A DNA stretch of 64,000 bases from Utricularia gibba (lineage: Eukaryota; Plantae; Magnoliophyta). Position 1 is the stretch's first letter; every line of letters starts with the position of its first letter. Shown piece by piece: positions 26,401 through 39,387 of the stretch. The translations under genes were made by a program, and so were the position numbers. The notes under the pieces were generated by a model, which made no database searches, was not told the origin of the DNA, and saw only the letters and a program-made list of their open reading frames with translations. The stretch is from positions 682,001 to 746,000 of the forward strand of contig CM007990.1 of assembly GCA_002189035.1 (NCBI GenBank), given 5' to 3'.

Positions 26401-26578
26401 TTTCAGCAGGCTTGTGAATGTGGAGAATGCATATCGTTTTCCCTTGGGACTTCTCCAGTGCCCAATTCAGAACAGTCTCACTCTCCTTGGCATCCTTACC
26501 CAGGGCGACAAACAGAGCATCCTCCTCCAGTCCCGGAAACGACGCCGTTCTCGCCGCCCCCTCCCCAGACGCCTCCAT
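23466..26578 (-). CDS. PUB33: U-box domain-containing protein kinase (USP-like + coiled coil + kinase + U-box), PUB33-like, multi-exon
   Basis: USP-like FVALGKDAKESETVLNWAL; kinase GGGGYGKVY, VAVKML, HGDLKPSNVLLD, DFGLS, DVYSFG; U-box MRDPVVAGDGFTYDSEAIKGWL...PNHALRSAIQEW; +1 C needed at 24266-69. Confidence 0.93.
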
Positions 26579-27890
26579 CAAACCCCTTGCTTCAGAAAAT
26601 CAGCAGCACTCGACGACAACTACAAGAAGACACTTCCATTAAATGCGAGGAGGCGGCTTCCTCTTCCTCCCCTTACCCGTTGCCCATCAGCATTGACTTG
26701 TTCTTTTACACGTCATATCCCCTGATTCTATCCAGAGAAAAGGAATCTTCCGAATGTACTGCGAAGCTCACACTTCTCTTCTGGAAATCCCTAGAACGTT
26801 GAATCCGTCACCGACTGCTTCGTCCCCTTCCTCTTCTGAAAACAAAAAATCTCCGGTCGTGGAGCCTCTTCCGCCTCCGGCTGTTTTGTCGTTTGTAGCA
26901 TTTCAAGTCTAATTAGTATAAAAACATTAATAACTTATCAAAATCAAAATAACTGTGATACAATATTCTGAATATCATTTTCAATTTCAATTTCTTCGTC
27001 CTGATTTCTAATAATATCATTTTTTTTCCATGACAAAATCATCAAAATGACCCTACAAATCCCTTGTGAAGTGACATCCGGTAACCCTAAAGCCCACACA
27101 CCGTGGTTTCAATTTTCAATGGTCAGGATTCAAGTTTTGATGGTCAATGGTCAAAACTCGATCAATAATGCCCGCCCAAATCAATTCATCCCATCTTATT
27201 TTATACATTTTTTTTTCAATTATAAATCATTATACCTTTGTTCCATTTTCTTGCCACCGATCACATATATGTTGTGTGTGTGTGTCATCTCGATTTTAAG
27301 TATCCGGATTCGCAATCGGATCCAAGTTTATGATCCGGGAATGTTAGAAAAGGGATATTGATAATCTGTGATTGTATGTATTATTCATGGGTTCATGAAT
27401 TGGGACGACAATCTCCCATAAGATCAGACAAGAAGAAGGAAGAGGCCTTGTGATTTTTTAAATCATGTGTTGACCGCGTAAGACCCGGTCCTTGTTCGTT
27501 GCAGCGCACCCTGGTCCCAGGATGTTTGTCTTTATCTTTTTTTTTTTCTTTTTTTGAAAATAATATATTCGAGATATTATATTTAGAATTATTCGATTTT
27601 TGAAAATATGGTCACGAGCGCCAATATGATCAGGGTGTATTGGGCATAATTTCTAAAGATGTTTTTGAAAATAAATTATATTTTCTGATTTCTAATACAA
27701 ATTTGCTGATTTTAAAAATGTTTTAAAAATAACTTGGAACTCATTCTCTAGTTTAATAAATTGAATAATATTCAATAATTTTTAATTATATTTTGAAAAT
27801 TATTATGTAGATGAATTGAATTCATTTTAAAGTATATTCATTAATTTGAATTGAATCGGATCAAATTCATGATTTTATAATAATGATTAT

Positions 27891-28523
27891 TAGGGTTGAG
27901 CAAATTTCGGTTAGTATCTGAAAAAACCGATTAACGGAATTGAACCAACAAAATTCGGTTCAGTTTCGGTTAGTAAAATTTGAATTATCGGTTAGTTCGA
28001 TTATTTACTAAATTAATCGTTTTTTAGACATTTAGATAAATTTTATGTATTTTCGGTTTTTATTCGATTTTAATTATCAATTAATGCATTTATTCGATTA
28101 TCGGTTGGATTTCAAAGAAATTTTGGTCATATTAATTAAAAAATTAGGGGAAAATTGCTTTTTTGAAATGAGGAAATGAATGGGGTATGGTGTGATGTTT
28201 AGATCAACGTAGGGGAGTAAATGGTATTAATACTGAGTAGGAGAAAAGGGTATCATTAATGAGCGGCCAGGCCATGGTGGCGTTGGCCGTTGGGAAAGGG
28301 GGTGCCGTCCTTTTCCATGTCTCGCCGGTGGCTCCTCCTCCTAGGGACCGGCGGCCGACGCCTCGATGGGTTTAATGTGGGGTAAAATAAAATATTTCCA
28401 TGTTGATGAATCCAAAAACATTCCTTTTTATTCAATACGAATATTTAATAGTATTTATATGGTGGATGCCGGGCGGGGGCCGGTGGCCTGATTTCCAGCC
28501 GGCCCCGGCCCGCCTTGTCCTAG
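27891..28523. mobile_element. Non-autonomous DNA transposon remnants (hAT-MITE-like subterminal repeats; GC hairpin + CTAG end)
   Basis: TAGGG at 27891 followed by many TTCGGTT/AACCGA motifs; 13-bp inverted repeat 28471-83/28499-511 followed by CTAG-T at 28520-24; no TSD or transposase found. Confidence 0.45.
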
Positions 28524-29529
28524 TGGCGACTTCAAAACAGGTGTAAGGAGTGTGGGTGTATTTTACTGATGTGTGTGAGCTGTGAAGTTCTGGTTTTTCA
28601 TGGTGGGCTCTTGGCGCTTGCAGCAGGGGGGCTGATGGCGAAATCCCGTTTCTTTGATTCTTCTCTCACTGAAAAGAAAGAGAAGCTGCGCACCCACAAA
28701 TTTTTTTCTTGATTTCCGCTTGCTTGCCGCCTTTAATGGCTGCCCCACGTTTCTTCTCTTTATCGTTATAATAAGTGGCCCCTCTGGGTTCCTGGATGGT
28801 GGAATCGGATGCCCGTTCCAAGATGTAAAGCTTGGTCTTTGTGCTCTCTGCGTTCGGTACTCTTTCCTGCATTCGATTTCATGCCACTAGTGGTGAATGC
28901 AGTTGCCTGCACAATGCATGTACCTTGCTTTGTGTAAGGCTCTTGGGAAGTTTTTTTCTAAAAGAATGGAGAAACTGATCAGTCGCTTTCGTTCTGCATT
29001 TTTTACTCCGTTTTTCCTTTTTTATTGCCTCTCCACATTGAAAACATCGCCACTTAATTGACTTCTGGGTTCAGCTGCATTCCTCCAGAGAAGACTTGGA
29101 GTTCCATAAGTTTTGTGATCTGGATAAATAAGCATTGTGGTTTGCGTGTCTCCAATGCTGAATTGCTTTTGAAAATTTGGATTCCCTGAATCCTGGAGTG
29201 CATTATAAGGATCTTTGTTAGTTTGGACTTCTTGTCACTTTTTGTGATATAATCTTGAAAGCAAGGTCTAGATTCTGTTTTTTGGGGGATCAGGGCAAAA
29301 AAGGAACAGAATTTGTCTCCATCTGGAAGAGAAGAGGCAAAAGGGTGCTTCTTTGTCCAAGAGAAAGGATGGTGTGACAGTGAACTTAGCTTTCGCCCTG
29401 TGCTAGCTTCAGCATCGTCCTGGATTCTTGAACTGCATTGTGACGTCAAGCTTACGGTAATTATTTTGATCCTGAATCATATGTTCCTGCATGCCTTCTC
29501 CCTTTCTGATTAGCCATGGAACCCAGTTT

Positions 29530-32500
29530 ATGGAGAAGAAATCCAGGAAAGGCCTTTCAAGTCATGGAAGGTTGCAGACTGGATGCGTATCTGGTTTGAT
29601 TAACATGCTTGATTTCCGTCGTGGTCGATCCACTAGGCGGTTGCTTTCTGATAGACAACCTTCTATAAATCAAAATTCTGGTATGTTTTTGGCTAAGTGT
29701 CTTTCAGTAACCACATCATACTGGGGTAAGAAAGCAGTTTTTGACTCACGTTCTTTTGTTATAACAGCTGAGCATGTTGAAGGTTCTGAAGGCACAGAGG
29801 TAGTATTTTTAGCTATTTTTTTGTCACATTTTGATGTGTATTGATTCTGGTTATCTCAGGAACCCAAGGAGGCTGCGATTCCAATGATTGGTTTTGGTAA
29901 AACAAGTGTGAAGGAGCTCATGGAGGAAGACATGCTCAACGAGGAAGGTGTGATGATGAGTCCTTCATGCCAGAGCTTTCAAGATAGTGACGAAGATCAT
30001 CCGAATATGAGTCGAAATGGACAGCATGAAATTCAATCCCCATCAGTATCTGAGAGGGATGATGTGAAATGCTCATGTAAGAAACTTGGTGATCTTGATG
30101 TCACAGAAACTTCGGATAGTCGTCATGTTCTTGAGATAATTGAGGAGCACTTGGCCCAGATAAGTGCAGAATGTCTAACAGACAATAGTTCTCGTGATGT
30201 TCTTGATGTGCTCTCGGCTCAGGCAGTCACAGAAACTGATAAAAAGCTGATGGCAGCAGTCAAACTGCTTATGGAACGGAAACTGAGCAAGGTAAGGAAT
30301 TTTGAGGAGGAAAATCCTTCTAGTTCTGGAGAGTTCATGGATGCTATAGAAGTATTCACCGCAAATTATACTGTGTTCTTGGAACTACTAAAATCTGTAA
30401 AGGTTACTGCCATCAAGACTTCTCCGACTGTATCAAATATACTTGATTGTGAACTGGGGATCATAAAGGCGGATGGATACCATAGCCACAAACAACTATA
30501 TTTCCTTCGAAAAAAGAGAAAGTCTCTTGAGAGCCTCATTCCAGGAGGGAAGAAAGGATGCCATTCTTCTCTTGTTGGGTTGAAGCCAGGTTCTTTGGCA
30601 CAAAATCCAGGAATGGAAGTTGCAATCAGAAGCAATTCTATACCATACTTTCAGATGTATAATAGTGTGCAGGATGAGAGACACAAATGGTTCAAGCTCT
30701 CTTTTACTGAAATCAAAAGAAAGCTATGGCATTCCATGTTAAAGGAGAAAACAGTGATCCCATCTGATAAGCTAATGTTTCAGTATTCTCCTAGGCAAAA
30801 AAACAGAAAAAATAGTCAAAGACATGGCGTGAGGGGAAACATGGGATGGAGTTCTCCAAATAGAAACCATTTCTATACTGAAAGATTCACTTTATCATCC
30901 CCTATCAGGAATGGAGAACATGAGATGGGGGAGATCACCTTGAAACATCGAAGAGTTGGTGGATTTGATATTGATAATGAGGCTAAGAAACATATAGCAA
31001 AAATGCTGACAAATGTGGATGAAAATATTGATTCTATGACAAGGCAGATGCCCAAGCCTTTCGGCAGGATACTGCATGATTCTGTTAATGATATCCCTTC
31101 CTGCTCCAACGTTGGGGAGTTCGAGGATTATAGCTCCATTTCAGAATGTGGGCAAAACTTGAACAGGCAGCCATCCATCATGGGTGTTGATACTGACGAT
31201 GACAAAGTGAATCCCATTGCAACAGATTCTTGTATCCCTTTCCGAGATGATGAGAAGCTCTTCCTGGAAGGTAAACTAGTCATCATTTTGATATGCCATT
31301 ACCATAATGGTGGAGAAACATCAAATACTAACTCAATTCATTTCTTATGGTTGGCAGAGATTGCAGTCACACTGGAATCACAACCTGATCAACAAGGAGA
31401 AGTTCATGAATTCTCTGGGTCATGTAATATTTCAACAGATAGAAATATCCATGACGCAGGCATGACAAAAACCAGCTCCAAAGATGATGTCTGTCAATGT
31501 TTGGAGTCTACCCAATGCTCGAAACCAGTAAGATCTCATTCCATGTTCCATTCATGTGCCCTTTGATGACGAGATCTCAATGGTTTCTACCTCAGCAGAA
31601 CTGTCCTAGCTATTGTTCAGCACAATCATATTCACTTATGCTGATTTTCTTTATATCCCTTTCAGGATTTTGTGGAAGAAGGCAGCATGCTTTCCTCGTC
31701 AGATGTTTCAACGTTCCATTCTTCTGGTATCAGAGAATTGGGTTGTGACCATGCCATTGACAAACTAGAGCAGCCTAGTCCTGTATCTGTTCTTGAGTCA
31801 TTGTTCATGGATGATGCTAGCAGTCCAGCAAGTATATTGTCTGAGCCAGGTTATACATTGCTCAAAGCATCCATAGAAAATAGCATGCCTTGAATTCTTC
31901 TTTATAAATCATTATTAAAAGCTATGAATTTCTGCATTTCAGGAAGTGGAATTGAACATCAACACATAATTTTTGAGGAGCAGTGCATGGTTAGTGACGA
32001 AAGAATTTGCACAAGAATTTCAATGGAGGATGAGGAATCTCCATTCGAGTATGTTGAGGCGGTGCTGCTTGGCTCAGGTTTGGATTGGAATGAATTTCAC
32101 GTCCGCTGGCTTTCTTCTCAACAAATTCTTGACTCATCTCTATTTGAAGAGGTCGAGCTGTTCTCTAACCGTAGTCGCTGTGAGCAAAAGCTCCTCTTTG
32201 ATTGTGCTAATGAAGCTTTATTGGGTGTTTGCAACACTTGCTTCAGTTGTTTCACTTGCAAAGAAAGAATTGGATCATTCCAAAGTTCTGAGGAGCTTAT
32301 CAATGAGATATGGAGGCAGGTTGAATGGTATCTCTTTCACCAAGTTCAAGCAAATTCTCTGGATCAGCTTGTTCGATTAGACTTGGCCAGATCTGGAAAA
32401 TGGATGAATTTCCAACCAGATATTGAGCTTCTTTTTTTTGAGTTTGAGGAAACAGTTTTGGATGAACTGTTGGAAGACACCATTCTCAGCTTTGAAAAGG

Positions 32501-32571
32501 TTTCATCGCATCAAGAATCACCACCAGTTACTCAAGATGAATCTGTGCCAGCTAATGACACCATTATGTAG
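29530..32571 (+). CDS. TON1-recruiting-motif (TRM/LONGIFOLIA-like) DUF4378 protein, multi-exon
   Basis: N-terminal GCVSGLINMLDFRRG; EQPSPVSVLES motif; DUF4378 EYVEAVLLGSGL...QKLLFDCANEAL. Confidence 0.85.
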
Positions 32572-33087
32572 ACTAAGGCCAGAACATGAAGGGTTCATCA
32601 GACAGTTATTTTTCCCTCCTGCTGCTGTTGAAGGTCAGACATAACTCTTTTTTGTTCAAGTACCGAGTGTGTTATGCAATTCATCAAAATCTATGTATTA
32701 TTTGTCTGATGTTTTACATAGCTTTCGATGAATTCATTCAAAAATATAAGATATGTTGAGCCTGTGATGCAATAGCCATTCTGCTTGGAAACTCCTTGTG
32801 TTTTTCCCCTTTTGCAAGGAATTTCATACGAACTGTTTCCAAGTTGCAATGCACACAATAAGGGCAATCCTACATGCATTGGATGAACACTCTGGGGTAA
32901 TAATGCAGGGCATTTTGTCGTTATTATTATCTTTGAACCAAAATGTAGTGCAGCAACAGCATAGAGCGATATAGGTTAATGAAAGTAACATCATTTGTTA
33001 GAAAAGGTATCAATGGCAGACTTGTGCCCACCGGGTGAAGTGATTCTAAGTTCTTGGCTGCCTAGAAAAAATGAAAACTTCCTTGAT

Positions 33088-34894
33088 CTAGTCACCTATT
33101 CTGTCTGGAGATTTCATAACTTTATCTGCAAACAGCACATCCTCAATCCATGCAACAATGCTGAATGCCATGCTTTCCAGTACTCTGGAGTAGCTCTCAA
33201 GCACTGCTTGCCCAACATCCTGCAAGGAATTGGAGAAAATGAGCCATGTATATTTGTGTTTGCTTGTTCTTCTCCATAAACTATTGAACATGCCTTGTTA
33301 TGTTGGATTTTGCTAGCGTCAAGTGCAGTTTGTGAAAGTTCAGGATATCTGAGCTTCAAGCACAACAACAGGGCTTCTGCTCTTTGTGCAAGAATGTGGT
33401 TTCTCTTACTCCTGTCAACATCTAGGACGAGGCCCTTAACCATTTCCCAGGATGATTTTGAGTAACTGGACACTTTCCGGCGCCATGCATGGATTGAGGC
33501 TTCCACCTCGTCTGCAAGTTCAAGGGCCTCATGCTCAGAGCTTATGCTGAGAGAATCAAGCAAATGATCCGGCGAAAAAACTTCAGCATCGTGCAGGTAG
33601 CGGTAAGTTTCGTCTCCTACACTTGCTTTTCCACTCTGTTTATCAGTAAAAAAGAAAAAAACAGTGAGTAGTAAGCAACCTTGAGGACATGACATTTTCC
33701 AAAAGGCTTCTGCTACCTTAGGGATGGAAGCAAGGAATGATTCCGGGATCTGCATTTCTGCAAGTATTCCACTGTTTATCGCCATGGCGGCCTTGTGGAT
33801 TTGATTGGCACAGTTACGCTTCTGCTTCAGAAGTTTCTTGATTTTCTCAGAAAGCCCCTCTTCAGGAACACATGGAACTGGTAACCACCATTTCTCTTGT
33901 TTTCTCGGAGTCACTGGCTGAGTGATGATCCTCCTAGTCGACCCTAAAGAATTTCCAGACATGCTTCTCTTTTCTGCATACCAGAACTCTGCATCCTGGA
34001 AACTGTCCAATATTTCCTGACAAGGAACATGTATGTATACAAGATGATCACCAGCTTCAAACAGAGAGAAGCAAGCACTAGTACTCAGTGCATGGAAGAG
34101 TCCTTTACCAGAAGCATTGCATCTAACTTCTTCAGTGCTGGCAAGTTGATGTAAATGTCTTTTCTTGGAAAACTCGTCATCACCTGAACCATGCCTTCAC
34201 AAAATCATTTGGGCTTCTAGAAAGAATGCAGTTTCAGAAAGATGAAGAAGGTTGATGCAGTGGTACCTCCATTGATGTTCCATCCTTCAAAGTTTGCAAA
34301 GTGGGTCTGAATTCTTGTATGTGATCACAGACAGATAGAAGGCAGTTCACTTCTCTCTTCCACATTGTCTTCTTTTCAGGATGCAGAGGCTGTAATCTAT
34401 GGTGCTCACCAAACACAGAAGCTGCAGTGCACAACACATACTTCTAGATGAAAAACATTGTACTTGACAGTAAAATTAGAGTTCAATGTTGCATACCGTA
34501 GAGGTTTGTGATTGCATTCGACAGTGCCACAGCGCTGCAGACCCCCTTTCCACTTCCGGACATGTCTTCTCCTAGCAGCAGTTTTGAAAACCTCTCCTTC
34601 ATCAACTCCATCTCTGCAAATCATAAACTCCCATCACTGAAAAAGGCCAGGAACCAACTGAAAATCCACTGGATCATCACCTGAATCCACAACTTCTTCA
34701 TTCTTCATAAGTTTTGAGAGAGCTTCTGGAGCCGGCGACTTCATTCCCTGCCAGCTGATGGTAGGATTCACATCAGAGAAGCAGTTTTCATCCGATAACA
34801 CAGATGCATCAGAGTGAGTTCTGCTGTCTGCACTAAAAAGCGAGTAGCTCATTCCGAGATCAAAAATGTCTTCGAAACTTGATCTTCTATCCAT
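33088..34894 (-). CDS. ROPGEF: Rop guanine nucleotide exchange factor (PRONE domain), multi-exon
   Basis: [82 protein letters not shown]; paralog number not assignable. Confidence 0.95.
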
Positions 34895-36934
34895 CTCCTA
34901 TCTTTCCAAAAAGGTCTGCAATGAAAATGCAGAAAGAAACTTCATCACTCACACAAAAAGAATACTAGGAAACATATGAATGCTTTTCATCTACAGAAAA
35001 AAGAAAGCTCCTAATGTTGCAAAGTCAACCCAGAAAAAAAAAAAAAAAAGCAGACAGAAACGCCCCTCTCCTCTTTACACACCCTAATAGTGATCAGAAT
35101 TTGAATTTTTTGAACCAGGGGCTTCGCTCCCAAGCAACCACATTCCTGGCTTTCTACCCCACACTACAAAGAAGAAGAAAACAAAACAAGACAGAATCAG
35201 AACCCTCTCTCCATCAAGAAAAGTACAGGTAAATGACAGTTCCCCCCAGTGACAAGTGACTCGTCAAAGAAGCAGACTTTGAGAAATGGAGGGAACAAAT
35301 TCAACGACTGTGGCGAGAAACATGCTGAAAAATGTAATCCCAATAAGTGTGGATCCAGCGGGGTGAGTAATTATTGGAGATGAAGGCGTAATGATGCAGC
35401 CCCAGTGAAGCTACTCCAGCCCAGATCACCACAACCCATCAACATGTCCCCCTCTACAACGCAATAATTAGCAGCAAAATTATATGAGCTCCCGGGTCAC
35501 CTCTACCGTAACTCCATGCATTCATTCCAAGTCCCTTCCATCCCAAACGAGCTTTTTACACCCCAAATTTCGCAGTGAATTCTATGCAAAGTAATCGATA
35601 ATACGAAACTTAAGACAACAAAACGAACGAGGAATGAAAGCTGGTGAACTAATGTAAATAATGAACTCTCAAACACCCACAACAATTCCTTAAAAAAAGA
35701 AAAAAAAGGACACCCCAAAAGTTGGTCGGTCCCGGTCAGGTCAACGCGCAAGATCTCCAGAGCTTTTTGTTTCTTTAATGACCTTTTTGCACAGCCGGAA
35801 TTTATTAATATTATAATTTTTTAAAGTTTATTTCTCAAGAATTATATTCACTGAATTTTCTCAATTATTCTGTTAATTTTTATTTTTTTGACCAATAACT
35901 TTTTATTAAATTTATCGAAAAATATTATATTCAAAGAGTATAGATCATAACGTTTGGTGTCAAACCAAACTTGAATGCATTCTAATGATAGAACATAGGA
36001 CACTCAATGAATATAAGCAGATGATAAAAAGTATAGTAGCGATATATCGCATAATTAAATAAAAAAATTCTTTTAATTTTACACAATATATTTTTCCTGA
36101 AAAAGTAAAACATAAAACCTTAGAACATGAATATTGTATGAGATTTTAATTCAATATTTTAGATATATCGATTTTTTTAATTCCCACCACGCGGATGTAG
36201 AAAATTCATAATTCTAATAATATCAATACAACAATAACACACTAAAATAAAAAATAATAAAAATAATTGCAAGAATAATTACAAAACACCAAAATAATAA
36301 AAGATTACACAAATTGACTACTTACCCCCTAAATCAGATTACCCCAAACTGCATTTTGTGAATAATAATAATGATAATAATGCCATAGAACATTAATTAA
36401 ATTGCAAGAAGCCGGTTCAGAGGCCGGCTTAGGTTTCGAACCGGTCCCCAAAACCCAATGGGTTGCTTTACTGATTATGCAAGACCGTAAGAGCTTCCTG
36501 CACGAAGCTGTGGGTGTTGTGCTGTTCGATGTGATTGGAGCGGCTGGCTGGGTGCTGCATTTCAACAAAAACCTTGATGGCAGAGACGAGATTCCTGTTA
36601 AAATGATCCAACAGCAGCAAGATCTGTGAAGCAAGCGCTTGCATAACCGCAAAGGAGTTGAATATGGTGAACAATGTGGCTCTTTTTGCAGTAAGAACCA
36701 GAACCAGGTCAGTCACTTGTGTTGGGAAATTGAACCTTTACCCTTTCTTCATCAACAGCTATTCTCTTTTGAGGCGGAGCCAGAGCTCCTTCAACTGATT
36801 CATCAACTCCTGCTTGTGTTCATTTCATGGTTAGGATGGTCAGAAGCAAAAAGGGGTGAAGGATTACTGGTAAATAGATCTACAGGGGAGTACCTCAGCT
36901 CGTGCGGCAGAGGCAAAAGCGGCACAAGTTCAGG

Positions 36935-38851
36935 TCATACTACACTGTAACCCATAAGTTTTTTCGTGGGGTTGGAATCTATGATGCTTCTCAGCTCCTC
37001 GACTTGCTGCCATTTACCTTGGTCTGCAAGGAGGTTAGAAATACTCACATAGTAGCTAGCATTATTGGGATCCAAACTCAACAGTTTTCGAGACACGAGG
37101 TTCAAAAGTCCAGGTGGTGCATGAGAATTTCTGCATCCAACCAGAAGTGCTCCCCATATTCGCTTATCAGGTTCGATGGGCATGCGATTCACGAATGCTA
37201 GAGCTTCTTCTAAATTTCCTTGACGAATTAGCATATCCACCATACAAGTGTAGTGCGCAAGGCTTGGTTTAACACCATACATTGATTCCATCACATAAAA
37301 CCAGTTCCACGCTTCATAATCAAGACCACAGTGGCTGCAAGCTGAGAGAACTGATACAAAAACGACATCATTTGGTTCTATTCCACTTGATAGCATGGCT
37401 GCGAAACAGCCCAGTGCTTCCTCTCCACAACCGTTGATCGCATAGCCATTTATCATGGAACTCCAACAAATCAAATCTTTATGCAAATTTTCATCGAAAA
37501 CAGCTACCCCTTCATCCATTTTCCCACAATTGCAATACATATCAACCAGGGCGGATGCCAAATAGGTAGTGTTGTCAGAGTATCCATATTTTATGATCTG
37601 TGCATGTATGCCCTTGCCAATCTCCACAGCGTGAATCTTACTACATGAGAGGAGCAAACTTAAAAAGGTATACTGATTAGGCCTGCAGCCTGTCAGTTGC
37701 ATCTCTCTGAACATATCAAATGTATCCTTGAGTTTGTTGTTCTGACTGTATGTTGAAATCATCACACTCCATGCAACGATATCCTTAAAGATAAGCTGAT
37801 CAAATATAATCCTGGCTGACTCAACGTCCTCGAATTTGCCATATGCTTGGAGGAGCTCAGTCATCAAAGGGACCAAATCAATCAGGCCAACTTTCCACAA
37901 AAGACTATGGAATTCCAGCAGTGTGAACTTCTCATCCAACTGCGAACACGCACAAAGTAACTCTTGTAATATGTACTCATCAACTACGTTGACATTAGAA
38001 GCTCCCATTTTATGAAATATATACAGGGCTTTTTGTGGGCTTCCATTTTTCACAGAACCGCATATTATGATCCTGCAGGAAACAATATCCCTGTCCTGCA
38101 TATGATCAAACACATGAAGCGCAGAGTCTAATCGCCTGCATTTAGAATACATATCCATAAGCGAGTTCAAGAGGACCAAATGATGAGAAAGTGATCTTCT
38201 GATGGAATAACAATGAATCTCTTTTCCAGTTTCCAGAGCAGCAACATCAGCACAAGCAGCCAGTAAAGTTGCAAGAGTGACATAATTTGGCTGCAAACCA
38301 GAAAACAACATATTATGTAACAGAATAAAAGCTCCAGCATAATCCTTTTTTTCCAAGCAGAAGCTAATCATTGCGGTGCTAAAAACCACGTCTATTTTAA
38401 GTGCCTCGGCATATAATTTCCAGGTACTAGCTATGTCCCATTGAGAGTATGCACCAGAAAGAGCAGTTGCAACTGATGCTTGTGACTCAAGAAATCCCAC
38501 TTTTATAGAATAGCCATGAACTGCATGAACCACGTACCGGGAACCAGTAATACCAGCAGCCTTAATGACACTTAAGATTGTCACAAAGTTGGGCTTTTGT
38601 TCTTTGATGAGCATCTCCTTGAACAAATATATGGCCCTTCGAGGCCGCTTTTCCTTGATAAAATTCGATATCTTCGAAGTCCATGCTTGTGTCGTATCAT
38701 ACTGGGCAAAATGTTCAAATGGCTCCACTAAATTCGGCGTCTTGTCCATAGAACAGAGCAGTGAAGCCGGACTTCTCTTGGGAACTTTATCAAACACTTG
38801 GCATGCATTCCACAAACACCTCGCATTTGACATACAGACATTGATGTTCAT
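36935..38851 (-). CDS. PLS-class pentatricopeptide repeat protein with E domain (no DYW); single exon, true start uncertain
   Basis: Repeated PPR motifs (NSLMDMYSKC, DIVAWSVMIS, DLICWSSMINGYA); YTCMVDML.R.G.LEEA; P.EPD..IWGALL; E-domain end KKLMGYSVV. Confidence 0.92.
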   Translation of the reverse strand: MNINVCMSNARCLWNACQVFDKVPKRSPASLLCSMDKTPNLVEPFEHFAQYDTTQAWTSKISNFIKEKRPRRAIYLFKEMLIKEQKPNFVTILSVIKAAGITGSRYVVHAVHGYSIKVGFLESQASVATALSGAYSQWDIASTWKLYAEALKIDVVFSTAMISFCLEKKDYAGAFILLHNMLFSGLQPNYVTLATLLAACADVAALETGKEIHCYSIRRSLSHHLVLLNSLMDMYSKCRRLDSALHVFDHMQDRDIVSCRIIICGSVKNGSPQKALYIFHKMGASNVNVVDEYILQELLCACSQLDEKFTLLEFHSLLWKVGLIDLVPLMTELLQAYGKFEDVESARIIFDQLIFKDIVAWSVMISTYSQNNKLKDTFDMFREMQLTGCRPNQYTFLSLLLSCSKIHAVEIGKGIHAQIIKYGYSDNTTYLASALVDMYCNCGKMDEGVAVFDENLHKDLICWSSMINGYAINGCGEEALGCFAAMLSSGIEPNDVVFVSVLSACSHCGLDYEAWNWFYVMESMYGVKPSLAHYTCMVDMLIRQGNLEEALAFVNRMPIEPDKRIWGALLVGCRNSHAPPGLLNLVSRKLLSLDPNNASYYVSISNLLADQGKWQQVEELRSIIDSNPTKKLMGYSVV

Positions 38852-39058
38852 AAGACAACAGAGAATGCCACTTCACAGCATCGGCAACTTCCGCATGAGA
38901 CCTTCGCGTTTCCCAAGGAAAAAACCCACAAAAGGAAACATACTTTGCTCCCGGGAAATCTTCTGCAGTGAAGGTCTGCAATTTACATGAGCCAACAAGA
39001 AAAAGGAGCAATCACATAGTAGGTTCCTATTTTTCAAGGAGATGTTTTGTCTCAACTT

Positions 39059-39130
39059 GGGTTCATAGCTCAGTGGTAGAGCAACTGACTGCAGATCAGT
39101 AGGTCACCGGTTCGAATCCGGTTGGGCCCT
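39059..39130 (+). tRNA. trnC-GCA: tRNA-Cys (anticodon GCA), intronless
   Basis: Acceptor stem GGGTTCA/TGGGCCC; D arm TAGCTCAGTGGTAGAGC; anticodon arm ACTGA-CTGCAGA-TCAGT; T arm CCGG-TTCGAAT-CCGG. Confidence 0.97.
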
Positions 39131-39139
39131 TTTTTTTTT
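39130..39139 (+). terminator. Pol III oligo-T terminator of tRNA-Cys
   Basis: T10 run immediately after the tRNA. Confidence 0.85.
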
Positions 39140-39387
39140 AATTCTTGTTCTTTTTCATAATAGTATCATCATTTAATAATATCTTATACATTATTTACGG
39201 AAACATTACCTCAATTATCAAGTTTAATTCAAAAATATACCTTAAAGTCTCTAGTTCACTAAATCTCCAATATCAATACTTGCGTTAAATTTTCATAAAG
39301 TAGACCGTTCTATCCTTACCAAGTTCAGTAGCAGGTTCATGCTTCAAGGTGGCCTGATCGCCCCCGAGACTACAAGGAAAAGCATTA

